The notes beneath the pieces are model-generated. The model searched no databases. It was not told where the DNA came from and was given only the letters and a program-made list of their open reading frames with translations. A DNA stretch of 64,000 bases from Eledone cirrhosa (lineage: Eukaryota), in the NCBI GenBank assembly GCA_964016885.1, contig OZ024742.1, positions 111,972,001 to 112,036,000 on the forward strand, read 5' to 3'. A program made the translations under genes and the position numbers. Below, piece after piece: positions 25,559-43,340 of this stretch (the first letter of the stretch is position 1; the number at the start of each line of letters is the position of its first letter).

Positions 25559-26553
25559 TAGATAAATAGACAGATATATCAATATATATATATCAAGTAG
25601 AGCCATGACATTCTAATGATAATTTCTTCATGTCATGTTTGTTTATTGCAGTTACATCAATATCTTTCATTTTGTCTTTCAATCATATTTACACTTAACT
25701 GAAAGCATAACATTACAGAAACAAGCATATATTCCTCAACGTATATGTTATGGCTCTAATATATATTAGCTTGCTTTTTTAGACTGCATTCATAGAAGAT
25801 GTTTTGTATTCAAATATATAATACTGTAGAATCAAATCCGAATATTGTTTTTCCGAAATATATTTGATTTGTATTTCTTAACATTTATAAAATCAAATTT
25901 GGTAAAGATATGCGCAGAAAATGTCATGCTCAACGTGTTTCTACAATACACACATGGAAGAAACCTCTTTAAAGTGTAATTCCAAAGTGTAATTCATCAG
26001 GTGAATCAGGAATATATCCAAGAATTCAGAAGTAATTTAAACATATGTATTTGTCTGGATCGCGTCTCCACATTAAAATGCAAATGTATGGTTAGTCAAC
26101 GATTCTCAACTAAGTTAAATTCCAGTGTACGGAGGGAGGTATATTCATATATTACATATCCAGCACAAGCCAAAACATTTCATCGCATCACATATTATCA
26201 GTATTTTATTTGTTTCATAAAAGGTGTTTAAAATATATTTCACATTTAGCATAGATAATGTTCCTCATTTAGTAAAATTCAGAAATGTCTTAATTTTACT
26301 ATGTCATGTGTATAGAACATTCTTATGTATATAGTCGATGTAAATTAAAGGCGTTTGCTAAAGAGGTTTTAGAAATATCAAGGTTCTTAAGGCTATAGAT
26401 AATATTCTAGGCTTCAGTTACGTTTGATCAACTGCACGCTATAAATTATTTTCCATTCTGATCAATATGGTTTTCTGTCGAAAGGAATTGAACCAAGATA
26501 ATTTAAAAATATTACTAAAATGTTATTTTCATATCATGTTTTTATATGTCATT

Positions 26554-26948
26554 AGGGTCGGACGCCATTCAAAGAGTTACGGCCCTTTATGGTCTGAGTT
26601 CAAATTCCGCCGAGATTAACTTTGCCTTTCACCCTTACGGGGTCGATAAAATAAAGTACCAGTAATACAATGGGATAATTGCTGACCTTGTGCCAAAAGT
26701 CGAGACTATTATTAAGCATGAACTAAGGGTGGTGGATTGGCAGTATCGGTAGAGAATCGGATTCCATGCTTTGCAGCATAGAGTTACGGCCCTTTATGAT
26801 CTGAGTTCAAATCCCGCCGAGGGTAACTTTGCCTTTCATCCTTACGGGTTCGATAAAATAAAGTACCAGTCACGCACTCGGGTCAATTTAATCGACTTTC
26901 CCCTCCTCCAAAATTGCTGGCCTTGTTCCTATATAAGAAACTATTATT
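26554..26948 (+). mobile_element. Two tandem SINE copies (26554-26712, 26727-26948)
   Basis: B boxes and bodies; the second has a longer 3' variant. Confidence 0.85.
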
Positions 26949-28129
26949 AAGCATGAGCTAAATACTTTATTTGTATTGCAGCTGAACAAGAGACAGTAAT
27001 AAACTTCCGAAGAGCGAGATAAACACCGGGTGTTTTGAGTAAACAGTGTTTGAAAAACGCTAAATGTGTAAGTGTTATGAGTAAATTTCATCAACCGATT
27101 TAAATAAAATTCAAATATGTTTATGCATAGTCCAACAAAATGTTGCTTTAAGTAAAAGGTCCTCTATTTTGAAAAGAATACATAAAGAATCGAATGTGAA
27201 ACCGAAACAAACTTTCAGCAGCGATATTATTTTGGGTGTTATTGAGGCATTATGTGAGGAGCATATGAACGTGGGAGTGTCCAGCAGCAATTTCATTATC
27301 TACTGCATTAATGTGGCTGATGTCAATAATCTACTGAGAGATGAAAATGAGATTTCGTATCAGTCGAGAATTGGCAGACGGGTTCGGATCGCTTCGCATA
27401 GATAATTGTTTTGTGGTCCGTATGAATAAACAAAAATTTGCAAGGATTTTGAGCAGGGGATGGACAGATTTAAACAAAATGTAAGCTGGCAACAATTCAC
27501 CTTTAGCGTTTTGAAGTCACTCGTAAAATGTAGCTCACTACTCCCCACCGATCAACAGATTCATCAAGAAACAAATTGGAGCATCGGATTTAAGATGAAT
27601 AATCAAAATATCTTCTGATAATGTTGCTCCGATTTTTGTAAAAGTGGCTAAGTACTTTTGATTCAGAGGAATTAACTCTTCCGTTACGATGTGGTTGGTT
27701 GGTTTCAGCAAAATGAGGAAAGAAACACCGATAAAAGACATCGGGTTAGAATTTCGAGCAATTTCCGCGCTGATGCGGTCACAGGAAATATAAGATATAT
27801 TTTACTTTCTCGCTGAGAAATCGTATTTCATACACAAAGTATAAATTTAGAAAAGGAATATGCTTGGGATAACGTTAACAGCATATCACATCGAATGTAC
27901 GGACAGGTAATGCAGATAAGTTAGGTGAACTCCCTCGCATTTACTAGCTACACGAATATCCAAAGTATATGTGAAGTAGCAGATTTTAGAAAAGTTTAAC
28001 ACGCGTGTTTTAAACATTAAATTCAAAACAAGATATCGTTGTCCTAATTCAATTCTATTGCTCCTATTATGAAACATGAAAATCTACACATTTTTCGCAA
28101 AAAGAAAAAAAAAATGTTTTCTTGTCAAA

Positions 28130-29020
28130 CGGAATTCTTCAGTCATGGAGGCGAAGAAATCGTGTATAGCATTATTTCGACTGTTTGCTTGTTGAAGACG
28201 TTTCCGTCTAGCAGTTTGTCGAAATGCATGAAAAAGCCATAACCATTGGCCGGAAAGTACTCTGGATAAACAGAATTTCGTAATTTAATTCGTTCAACTT
28301 AATGACCGTTGAATGTGCAATGCGCTTTCGATCGCCGTCATGCAAGACATTTGGAACGTGTCTATTGGCCAATGCTGCACAGATATACTACGATATGTTA
28401 TGTATTTCATCGATTCGTTGTAAATACATCTCCGCTGCCATCTTCTGGAAGATGTAGTGGATCAATCCGGCTGTAGACCTCGAAACATTTCTAAGATTTT
28501 CCATTAGAGCAAATTCGGCTTTCGGAAATGTTGAGGAGGTTCATCTTGGGCTAACCACCCTGCCGAATATCATCACCTATTGCATATAGTCTAAATTTCA
28601 GTGTAGAGAAAATACATTAAAAACGCCCTTTCTTTATGCAAAAGAAAAGAAAACGAAGTATTCATAACCATTTTTTTTACTTATTGTCATTCATTAAGTG
28701 TGGAACCCATTAAAATGAACAAGCAGACTTCATGAACCGCGATCTTTCAATTCAGTTCAACTTATTAGTAGTTCTACCAATACGGCTTTCCTGCAACATG
28801 CTGCATAATTGTGTGATGTGTGATTCTAACAAATGATAGAGGAACAAATGCGACATTCCTTAACTTCGAGAGTAAATTAACCACGAAGTCATTCATCAAA
28901 GAAAAATTGCATTGTGCTTTCATTAAGACTTCCTCTTCAAATGTTTACATTAAGTCAAACATCTGATACTTGCGAATAATGCATTTTATGAAACTGCATT
29001 AATTTGCGAAAAACCTAATA
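28130..29020 (-). pseudogene. Degenerate mariner transposase remnant with TIR-like end
   Basis: Minus strand reads WLAQDEPPQHFRKPNL..IHY..YLQRIDEIH..ALANRHVPNVLHD...KLNELNYEIL..FFMHFDKLL (Hsmar1/Mos1-like). TATTAGGTT..TCGCAAA end near 29020. Confidence 0.75.
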
Positions 29021-29723
29021 AGCAGTATCCGCATGTAACGTGGTTGATAACAGGTTGAAATGTTACCTAGGAAAGTTTGAGGCCAATAGAGATATACAGG
29101 AATTCAAAACTACTAAAATGTGTAGTTATGACTGTCTTAGCAATTTACTAACACTATTTCAGAGTCCCCTATTCTATGAATAAGCCCTAAAATTCATATG
29201 AAGAAAACATCATTTTTTAATAATTTGAGATACGTTTTGAGGGTAACTTTTAAATTATTAGAATGTTTATGAAATTGAAAATTTATTGTTTGCTTAATAT
29301 TCTTCAAATGTAATGTTCTCCGCTTAGACAACTTCCTTTGATAATTGAATCGAGTTTGCATATCTTCCGAGTCATTGCACCGTTTTGGGACACGTTATAT
29401 ATATGTTCTTTTATTGACGAGTGATGAAAAGGCGAGATATCAATTGTTGATTTTCTGGTTTCATTTTATAATCATAAATCATTTTGTCGCTCCCTGCTGG
29501 GCATTGAAGTTAAATCAAATGCCTTATATTGAAAGGAAATCAATTGCTTTTACGTCAAGTATAATTTGTTGGCATTCTGTGAGTACGAAAGCATCCGATT
29601 GATATCTGTATATATTTTCTGCAGCATTTTCTCATACGATAACATGTATTCGTCAATTGTATTTACAGTGTTACATTTTGATCTCACAGCAGTCATGATA
29701 TATCTAACAAAATATATCCTCCG

Positions 29724-30045
29724 TTTTCTTCTTCTTCTTCTTCTTCTTCTTCTTCCTGAGATGTTCATGGGCCAGATTCCTCGAATACTTCTGTCAGAAC
29801 GAGCCGCCTCCAACTGATTCGGTTGGATCCCCAAGCAAGTCCAGCCAAGATCATGGATGTTATCCAACAATCTTGCTAGGAGTCTACCCATGGGTCTCAT
29901 ACTCGTTGGTTTTGTGCGGAAAATCAGTCCAGCGATTCGTTTCCAAGACATTTTAACCACATGCCCATATTATCGTTGCTGTGATCTCCCAGTTCAGAGA
30001 AGTAGCGCTTCCATCTGGAGTGACCGTCTGATCTCAAATCTATGA
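29724..30045 (-). mobile_element. RTE-like LINE 3' fragment with (GAA)n tail
   Basis: GHVVKM..KRIA..IF..KP...RPMGR..ARLLDNIHDLGW..LG C-terminal motif followed by a (GAA)n run. Confidence 0.65.
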
Positions 30046-30259
30046 TTCTATTCGGGAAAATATCATTCAATAATGACAGTAACAATAGATATATCAAAAT
30101 TCCAAAACAAGTTATGTTCTGAAAGAAGTGAAATGAGTTTAGCTGATCTAAATTTTAAATATTATCCGCATTAGAAGGGAAATTATATATATTTAATTTG
30201 AAATCTTTGTTTTCAATTTGTTTTCCAAATTCTTACTGTCATTATAATTGACATTAATA

Positions 30260-30452
30260 GGGCGGTGGATTGGCAGTATCGGTAGAGAGTCGGACGCCAT
30301 GCTTTGCATAATAGATTTACGGTCCTTTACGGTCTGAGTTCAAATCCCGCCGAGGTTTACTTTGCCTTTCATCCTTACGGGGTCGATAAGATAAAGCACC
30401 AATAACGTACTGACGTACATTCCCCTCTCCCCAAATTACTGGCCTTGTGCCA
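30260..30452 (+). mobile_element. tRNA-derived SINE, full length
   Basis: A/B boxes, body, tail. Confidence 0.85.
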
Positions 30453-30517
30453 GTAATTTAGGGAGAGGTAGGCGGTTTGAGTACTCGATGCTCTTACAGA
30501 GCAGGGTATGATATCAC

Positions 30518-30861
30518 ATAAGAAACGGAGAATCAGTGTTGCGACGAATAACACTTATTAGACATATTATCATCGTTTCTCTGGCGACCAGCTCGATGCA
30601 CGATCGATGTAATGATCGAACCTGTCTCTGAAATCGCAAGGTCCCCAGATCCGTCTCGATTCTCCAAATTTCCTCAGATACGTCTCGATTCTCCAAATTT
30701 GGAAATTCTGCTTCGTAGAATCGAGATGTATCTGAGGACCTTGCGATTTCAGAGTCAGGTTCTATCATTACATCGATCGTGCCTCGAGCTGGTCGCTAGA
30801 GAAACGATTGTAATATGTCTAATAAATACATTTTATTCGTCACAACATTGATACTCCGTTT

Positions 30862-30868
<7 letters not shown>
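30518..30868. repeat. Long imperfect palindrome (about 145-bp arms), MITE/fold-back-like
   Basis: aagaaacggag..gcgaccagctcga..aaatcgcaaggtcc..tctcgattct mirrored by agaatcgaga..ggaccttgcgattt..tcgagctggtcgc..ctccgtttctt. Confidence 0.85.
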
Positions 30869-31361
<493 letters not shown>

Positions 31362-31365
31362 TTAG

Positions 31366-32510
31366 ATACATCTATTCAAAATATACGGTAGTGTACAATC
31401 CGTATGAAGAACTCAATGTAATCCAAATATCATGAAAAGAGAACATGCATTCAAAAATTTTCGATGAAAATCAGAGGAAAACAGAGTTAAGGTAAATTAA
31501 TAAAAACAATGAATAAAAACAAAAAATAAGTTCCTTATATTAAAAAATTCATCACTTTACGATCGTTTCTAGGATATATATGTGTGTTTGTATGTATATC
31601 ATATAGATATATGTAAACATATTACAAACTATTAGAGGAATACATACCTCCACATATATATGCTGTCTTCAGAAATGATGAGATTTGTCTATTGAAAAAA
31701 AACAACAAAAATTTAATATAATAGGTCTGTTTGGTAGCTGGTTGGGATTGAGCAATAGAAAAGTAGTAAGAGGTCAAGTTGATAGAATAGTAGTAGTAGA
31801 AATTTAATTTAGGGGTAGAGGAGTGCAGACTTATGTTGTGAATAGAAAGAATACTTTGAATGAAAATAATACTTTGGGGTTGAAAAGAGGTCAAGCCGGT
31901 GAAGGGTTCACGAAAATGTGATGTTATTAAAGAATAGTGTTAAAAACGAAGGAAAGTAAAATTTTAGGGTAAGTGAGAAATACCAATCTATTTTAAACCA
32001 CAAGGAATCTAGATCTATAAGAAGAAATTAAATTAATTGATAGGTATACTTATAGGGATAAATTTATATTACTTCATATGGATGTGATATATAAGAATTA
32101 GATGTTATTAAAGAATGTTGTTAAAAACGAAGGAAAATAATATTTTGGGATAAGGGTAGTAGTGAGAAATACCAATCTTATATAAACTACAAGGAATCTA
32201 GATTCATAACAGGAAATTAAATTAGTTTATACGTATACATTTAGGTATTAATTTTAGGAAAAGAGAGCTGTAAGAGGGAAATAAAATTATGAAGTTCTCT
32301 GTAGTAAAGTACTAATTATAGGTTAACTAAATTTAAAAAAAATAATTATAATAATATGTAAAATATAAGTGTAAGGTGTATAGTAATTAGGTTTATAATA
32401 TTTGAAAGTTCTTCTAATTATATGATTGCAAGATATAATTAATTCTTGAAATAATTCAAGAATTATTGCTATTTCTAACTACTACCCTTGCTAAACAAAT
32501 TCAGAAACGA
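31366..32510 (-). mobile_element. PLE 3' fragment (degenerate C-terminus plus tail with an internal about 150-bp tandem duplication and an HHR)
   Basis: Weak LN..ELIISCNH-like end near 32420-32470; duplication 31919-32067/32101-32256; HHR at 31549-31681. 31366-31490 is also repeated at 56650-56775. Confidence 0.55.
31549..31681 (-). ncRNA. Type I hammerhead ribozyme with extended stem II
   Basis: Minus strand: tcatcattt CTGAAGA cagcatatatatgtg...cacatatatatccta GAAA cgatcg TA aagtgatga. 9-bp stem I, palindrome ACGATCGT, GUA site. Confidence 0.75.
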
Positions 32511-32511
32511 A

Positions 32512-32562
<51 letters not shown>

Positions 32563-32600
32563 ATATTAATAAATGGAATCTATATTTTTAAAACCATATT

Positions 32601-32666
32601 TATTTTATTATATATATTTCAAGGGCAACCAAGGCAAATGATGGTGCGCTTTCATCAGATAAAATA
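32601..32666 (-). ncRNA. Minimal type I hammerhead ribozyme
   Basis: tattttat CTGATGA aagcgc...gccctt GAAA tatata TA ataaaata. Confidence 0.85.
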
Positions 32667-33851
32667 CAGATTTGTATTATAAATAAATATTGATATACCC
32701 GGAAAAAAGACAACCTTAATAGTTGGAGCTTCCTGGATAGTGGAGATAATATTTTATTGAGGGTAATACAAAGTTATGAGAGAGTATGCAAATGAGTGTC
32801 CGAAAAGCTGAAAAAATAACGGTTTATTTAAATTAAACTGTTGGAAGGAGAGGATATGTGAGGGAGAGAGAAGAAAAGGAAGGTGAAAGAGAGAAGAAGA
32901 AAGAAAGAACGATTATACATAGTGATAGTGAAGATAGTCAAAGTGAACGAGGAAATAAATTTTAATGGAAGAATATACAGAGCGTAAATATATCTAAGTG
33001 AAAGAAGAAGTGAAAGAAGTAATAAGATTAACGTGGAAGAATAAAAATTTAGAATGTAGGGTTCATTACGTTGTGATTATACGATTTATAATGATCAGTT
33101 GAAAAATTAAATTAAAATAAAAAATAAAAAATCAAAATTATAGATTAACATTTACTTTAATATTACAAATTTAATTTAATATTAATATTAAAATTAACAA
33201 TTAAAATTAAAACAGAAGTATTTATATTATATTACGACGTATTAGTAATGATATATTGGTTAGATGTGTATGTTATGGATTATAAATTATTTAAATGTAT
33301 AGTATTTTACATGAGAGAAAATCTATTATAGTTTATTTGATTAAAGTAAGTTTGGCAAAATTATATTTATTAATAGTTGTAAGACAAAACTTAAACAGCC
33401 AAATAATTCCAAATTTATGAAAATTTACGAGAGTTTACAAAGGAATAACTATTTAATTAGATTATAAAAACAGTAAGGAAGTATAAAGGAAGTTAGAAGT
33501 GATTTTTTAAGAACTCAAATAACTCCAAGGATACATAAAAAAACTTAAAACATTTTTTTTTTTTTTTATTTTTATGAGAAGTCATAAATGTTATAAAGTT
33601 AAAAAATGTATCTTAAGAATATAATTAAAACATAAACCATAGGTTATTCCACATATAAATAAAAACCATATGTTATTCCACATATATAAAAATATTTGGA
33701 TATATATTAAAAATGTTTGAAGATATAAAACATTGGAAGATATGAAAATAATGGTTTTTCCCTATCTTTCAAAGGAACCTTCAAAAGATTTACCAAGAAT
33801 TTTCTAAAACATATTTCCCGGTATGTCAATATTATTTATAAAAGAAATCTG

Positions 33852-33918
33852 TATTTTATCTGATGAAAGCGCCCCAATAACTTGCCTTGGTTGCCCTTGA
33901 AATATATATAATAAAATA
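33852..33918 (+). ncRNA. Minimal type I hammerhead ribozyme
   Basis: tattttat CTGATGA aagcgc...gccctt GAAA tatata TA ataaaata. 8-bp stem I. Confidence 0.85.
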
Positions 33919-34049
33919 AATATAGTTTTATAAATATAGTTTCCTTTAATTAATATATTGTGTATTTACTTCACTACATTGGTGAGTGCTTTATTTCAGT
34001 TATAACGTTTTTTAAGCTTGTTGAATCCCAACAAATTAGATATAAGCTC

Positions 34050-34085
<36 letters not shown>

Positions 34086-34739
34086 ACCTATATATTTCTA
34101 GGGGTACTTAGTACCCATGGGCATATTAACTTCTTTTATCATACTCAGTTATGTTGAGAACAAATCTGTTGTTTCTATTTAGCTGCTATTTTAGTAACTA
34201 GATAGACAACACGTCTATGCTTTTCCCGCTTTCACCTCGGGCAGTTCACGTACGGGTCATTTTTCGACCTTTTAGATCCGTGCTAGCTGGCGGATAACAA
34301 TATATTTTATCGTTCCTGGGTCTTTAGCCCTAGGAAAGGAAAATGCTTCTCTGATGAACTTTGATTTTCCATTAGAAATCAATTGGATTTCTGGTGTTTT
34401 ACAAAGCGAAACCGATCGGTAAGGGCCAAAAGAATAGGTAAATATTTAAATTATATTTTTTTATTTATTTAAAAAAATTTGTTGAATTTTGCTTGTTCTG
34501 CTTCTCTTAATATATATATATATATATATATTTATTTATATATATACACATACATGTATATATATGTGGGTATGTGTGTGTATATATATATATGCATATA
34601 TGTATATATATATATACACACACACACACGCACATATGTATGTATATATATATATATATATATATACATATATGTGTGTGTGTATATATGTGTGATTGTG
34701 TGTGTATATATATGCATATATATATATATATATATATAA

Positions 34740-35038
<299 letters not shown>

Positions 35039-35157
35039 GTTATTCCGGGTTGAATCGGAGGTAACCACAGTAAGTAAGGTACTCAATACATAGCAGAGTA
35101 TAACAGTTTTAATATAGATGAGATTCTACAGGACTAGAACTGTTTCATTCATTAGAA

Positions 35158-35235
<78 letters not shown>

Positions 35236-35322
35236 GTGTGTGTATAAACAAAAATGCTCAGCCGTTAATTTTCATAAGGAAAGTATATACTTTCGAACGT
35301 TCAACTATCTGGCAGATGGGTA

Positions 35323-35367
35323 AACGGTGCTGATGATAGCTAACAAGTTTGAAACTAGTACATCGTT
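35323..35367 (+). ncRNA. Minimal type I HHR, R1 unit 1 (core intact)
   Basis: aacggtg CTGATGA tagct aaca agttt GAAA c ta g TA catcgtt. Palindrome ACTAGT; predicted cleavage after 35360. Confidence 0.8.
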
Positions 35368-35796
35368 CCTGTGTCAGTGTTGAACAAAAAGGTGACGTGG
35401 TTGCTTTAACACCGTATGGCATAAATTCAGGCTGTTCAGTTTGTTTACAAACGAACAAAGCGACGTTATAATAAGCTCAGCTAAACTGATACGTGCATAT
35501 ATGTATGTGTACCTGTATGCATATGTATGTATATATGTATATATATATATATATATGTGCATGCTACTGTACGTCTGTATACATATATGTATGTACGTAT
35601 ACATGCATACTTACATTTAAGTAAGTGCCATACTAAGAGTGAGAAATGAAATTTCGTTTTCATTTTGTTTCAATTTATCGTTTTCGGTATGCCTGACCGA
35701 TTTAACTCACTCAATATGCAAATTAGGCTGCTCAGCCGTTAATTTTCATAAGGAAAGTATATACTTTCGAACGTTCAACTATCTGGCAGATGGGTA

Positions 35797-35841
35797 AACG
35801 GTGCTGTTGATAGCTAACAAGCTTGAAACTAGTACATCGTT
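35797..35841 (+). ncRNA. HHR, R1 unit 2 (core mutation CTGTTGA)
   Basis: Same fold; A6 changed to T. Confidence 0.65.
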
Positions 35842-36005
35842 CCTGTGTCAGTGTTGAACAAAAAGGTGACGTGGTTGCCTTAACACCGTATGGCATAAAT
35901 TCAGGCTGTTCAGTTTGTTTACAAACGAACATAGCGACGTTATAATAAGCGCCGCTAAACTGATACGTGCATATATGTATGTGTACCTGTATGCACATGT
36001 ATGTA

Positions 36006-36039
<34 letters not shown>

Positions 36040-36276
36040 CATGCTACTGTACGTCTGTATACATATATGTATGTACGTATATATGCATACTTACATTTAA
36101 GTAAGTGCCATACTAAGAGTGAGAAATGAAATTTCGTTTTCATTTTGTTTCAATTTATCGTTTTCGGTATGCCTGACAGATTTAACTCACTCAATATGCA
36201 AATTAGGCTGCTCAGCCGTTAATTTTCATAAGGAAAATATATACTTTCGAACGTTCAACTATCTGGCAGATGGGTA

Positions 36277-36321
36277 AACGGTGCTGATGATAGCTAAGAA
36301 GCTTGATACTAGTACATCGTT
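36277..36321 (+). ncRNA. HHR, R1 unit 3 (core mutation GATA)
   Basis: Same fold; A14 changed to T. Confidence 0.65.
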
Positions 36322-36754
36322 CTTGTGTCAGTGTTGAACAAAAAGGTGACGTGGTTGCCTTAACACCGTATGGCATAAATTCAGGCTGTTCAGTTTGTTT
36401 ACAAACGAACAAAGCGACGTTATAATAAGCGCCGCTAAACTGATACGTGCACATATGTATGTGTACCTGTATGCATATGTATGTATATATGTATATATAT
36501 ATATATATATATATGTGCATGCTACTGTACGTCTGTATACATATATGTATGTACGTATACATGCATACTTACATTTAAGTAAGTGCCATACTAAGAGTGA
36601 GAAATGAAATTTCGTTTTCATTTTGTTTCAATTTATCGTTTTCGGTATGCCTGACCGATTTAACTCACTCAATATGCAAATTAGGCTGCTCAGCCTTTAA
36701 TTTTCATAAGTAAAGTATACACTTTCGAACGTTCAACTATCTGGCAGATGGGTA

Positions 36755-36799
36755 AACGGTGCTGATGATAGCTAACAAGCTTGAAACTAGTACATCGTT
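36755..36799 (+). ncRNA. Minimal type I HHR, R1 unit 4 (core intact)
   Basis: aacggtg CTGATGA tagct aaca agctt GAAA ctagTA catcgtt. Confidence 0.82.
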
Positions 36800-37034
36800 C
36801 CTGTGTCAGTGTTGAACAAAAAGGTGACGTGGTTGCCTTAACACCGTATGGCATAAATTCAGGCTGTTCAGTTTGTTTACAAACGACAAAGCGACGTTAT
36901 AATAAGCGCCGCTAAACTGATACGTGCATATATGTATGTGTACCTGTATGCATATGTATGTATATATGTATATATATATATATGTGCATGCTACTGTACG
37001 TCTGTATACATATATGTATGTACGTATACATGCA

Positions 37035-39595
<2,561 letters not shown>

Positions 39596-40237
39596 GAAAA
39601 GTGTAATTTTCTACACAAAGCGAAGGTTATAGAGAAAATTGAGGTTGGTAATGGCACATGGAATATATAAGAGACAGAATACTTTTTTGTGAAAAAACAT
39701 AATTTTATAAGGTAAGGAAATAATAAAGGGTATAAAAAATGACCGGTTTCGATGGGTCTGCAAAAGCCATCTTTTCAAATGTTGATTAATATTAAGAACA
39801 ATTAATAATACGAAGCGTTAAAATTTGAGACTTGAAAATTCAAGTATAAAATTCATTGTGGGATTTCATAGTAGTTTTCATCTTGGTAGCAACAACAGGT
39901 TGACTGCTGTGTCCCTTTCTGGTAGTGAATGAGAAGTTATTTCGGGTGTGGGTTATTTTATAAAGGTCAGATTTAGCAATCGCCAGCTGCTGGTCAGTGA
40001 GGAGGTGGAAGCAATATACATACACATATCTTCCTGTGATGGGTAGGAGAGTGGAGCGTGATAGAAAGGGATTTAGTGCACTTACACCTATATATACACA
40101 CATACCTTCATCCACACATACATACATATACATATACATATATATATATATATATATATACATATACACACATACATACACACACACATACATATACATA
40201 CACACATACACACACACACATATATATATATACACAT

Positions 40238-40285
<48 letters not shown>

Positions 40286-40355
40286 GCATATATATACATA
40301 CACATACATCCAGATACACACATACATACACACACACACACATATATATATATAT

Positions 40356-40407
<52 letters not shown>

Positions 40408-41012
40408 CCACACATACATACACACACACACACATATATATATACATACACATACAAACATACACACACACATATATATACACACACATACACACACACA
40501 TATATACACACACACACACACACACACGCATATATATATATATATATACACATACGCATACATCCAGATACCCACATACATACACACACACGCACACACA
40601 ATACATACATCCACATGCACACACATACACACACACACACATATACACATACATACACCCACACACAGAGAGAAATGGCCTTCAAATATATATATATATA
40701 TACACATACAGACACATATATTTTTTCCATAATATAAGAAGTTGGGGCAGTGAAATTAAAATACAAACTGCTATGAAATCCCACAATGAATTTTATACTT
40801 GAATTTTCAAGTCTCAAATTTTAACTCTTCGTATTATTAATTTTTCTTAATATTAATCAACATTTGAAAAGATGGCTTTTGCAGACCCATCGAAACCGGT
40901 CATTTTTTATACCCTTTATTATTTCCTTACCTTATAAAATTATGTTTTTTCACAAAAAAGTATTCTGTCTCCTATATATTCCATGTGCCATTACCAACCT
41001 CAATTTTCTCTA
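39596..41012. mobile_element. Inverted family B pseudo-LTR structure (minus copy 39596-40768; plus partial copy 40770-41012), HHR-like motifs at 39736-39783(-) and 40859-40906(+)
   Basis: Reverse-complement match to about 9695-10615 and 5406-5930, followed by a direct partial match to 5654-5898. Confidence 0.88.
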
Positions 41013-42046
<1,034 letters not shown>

Positions 42047-42047
42047 G

Positions 42048-42705
42048 TGTGATAAAATGGGGAGAAAAATACTGCTGGTAGCACATGGATAACATGTAAT
42101 AAAATAAGTCCCACATCAGTGATTTGCCGACGATCATAGATATTTCATTGCATTAAAAATCATATACCTCACGTCGGTGCAATAATAACTAAATTAAGTT
42201 ATTAGGCCTATTAAAACGCGTAAAGCGAGTGAGACAGGAAAACAACAAAGAATAGAGCTAACCGTAGAGGAAGGAAACAAGCTTCATAGTTATTCTGTTA
42301 GCGTAAGCTAGGTGAATATATGAGCGCTTAGAAAAAAGACCTTTCGCGAACGAATGCAATATAAGAAATAGAGAAATTGCTTTCGTTACGAACGGGGTGA
42401 AGTGAGGAGAGGAGAAACAGTGAGTGAGTGGAAGTGTGAGGAAGAGTTAACTGACACGACAGAGGGAGCGAAGGAAAGTAGGAGAAACAGAGAGAATGAG
42501 GGAGCAGTAAGAGAGAGAGAGAGAGAAAAACAGAATCGCAGTATAGGTAAATATATGTGATACAATGGGGAGAAAAATACTGCTGGTAGCACATGGATAA
42601 CATGTAATAAAATAAGTCCCTCATCAGTGATTTGCCGACGATGAGGTATATGATTTTTAATGCAATGAAATATGTATGATCGTCGCCAAAATACTGATGA
42701 GGATA
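42048..42705 (+). repeat. Direct repeat (about 508-bp spacing) with an internal micro-inversion; unknown element
   Basis: gtgata(a/c)aatggggagaaaaatactgctggtagc...gatttgccgacgat at about 42049 and 42557. Confidence 0.75.
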
Positions 42706-42876
42706 ATACCTTCCAGTGTTCTACCACTATATATATATATATAAAAATACATATTTACATATATACATATATAAATATATACATACACATATACATATAC
42801 ACATATATACATGCATATATACATACATATATATATATATATATACATATATACATATATACATACACACAGATAT

Positions 42877-42959
<83 letters not shown>

Positions 42960-43249
42960 TGATAACTGTCCCCTCGTTATCGAGTATGGCCATTGCACGA
43001 TATAACATTATTGATAATTATTAATTAATTCTATCGTGCAATGCCTGTGCGTGAAGATATGTTTTAAAGTGAGGAAACACTGTGCACTGAGCCAATCCAA
43101 CTTTCTGAGCGACAGTAGCTATAAACCGAAAAGATCAATATCACCAGTAACTACTGAGCCGCAGGTTTTATATCGGTGTTATCCAAGTTTCCTAAGTGCC
43201 ATCTCCCAGAAGAATGTGCTGACAAAATCTAGGGGTCCTTGACTCACAG

Positions 43250-43340
<91 letters not shown>

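Larger units (their letters stand above)
32559..33960. mobile_element. Non-coding element with about 147-bp inverted termini, each containing an HHR (inverted PLE pseudo-LTR derivative)
   Basis: 32559-32705 is the reverse complement of 33814-33960. Confidence 0.75.

Noticed and set aside
27160-27780. Possible additional DNA transposon relic
   Set aside because: No diagnostic motif recognised.
35120-35162. Minus-strand half hammerhead (atga..GAAAcag..agTC)
   Set aside because: The 5' core and stem I are replaced by (TA)n; cannot be supported.
42600-42720. CTGATGA on both strands with a nearby GAAA as a possible hammerhead
   Set aside because: No stem I or stem II pairing could be built in type I, II or III topology.
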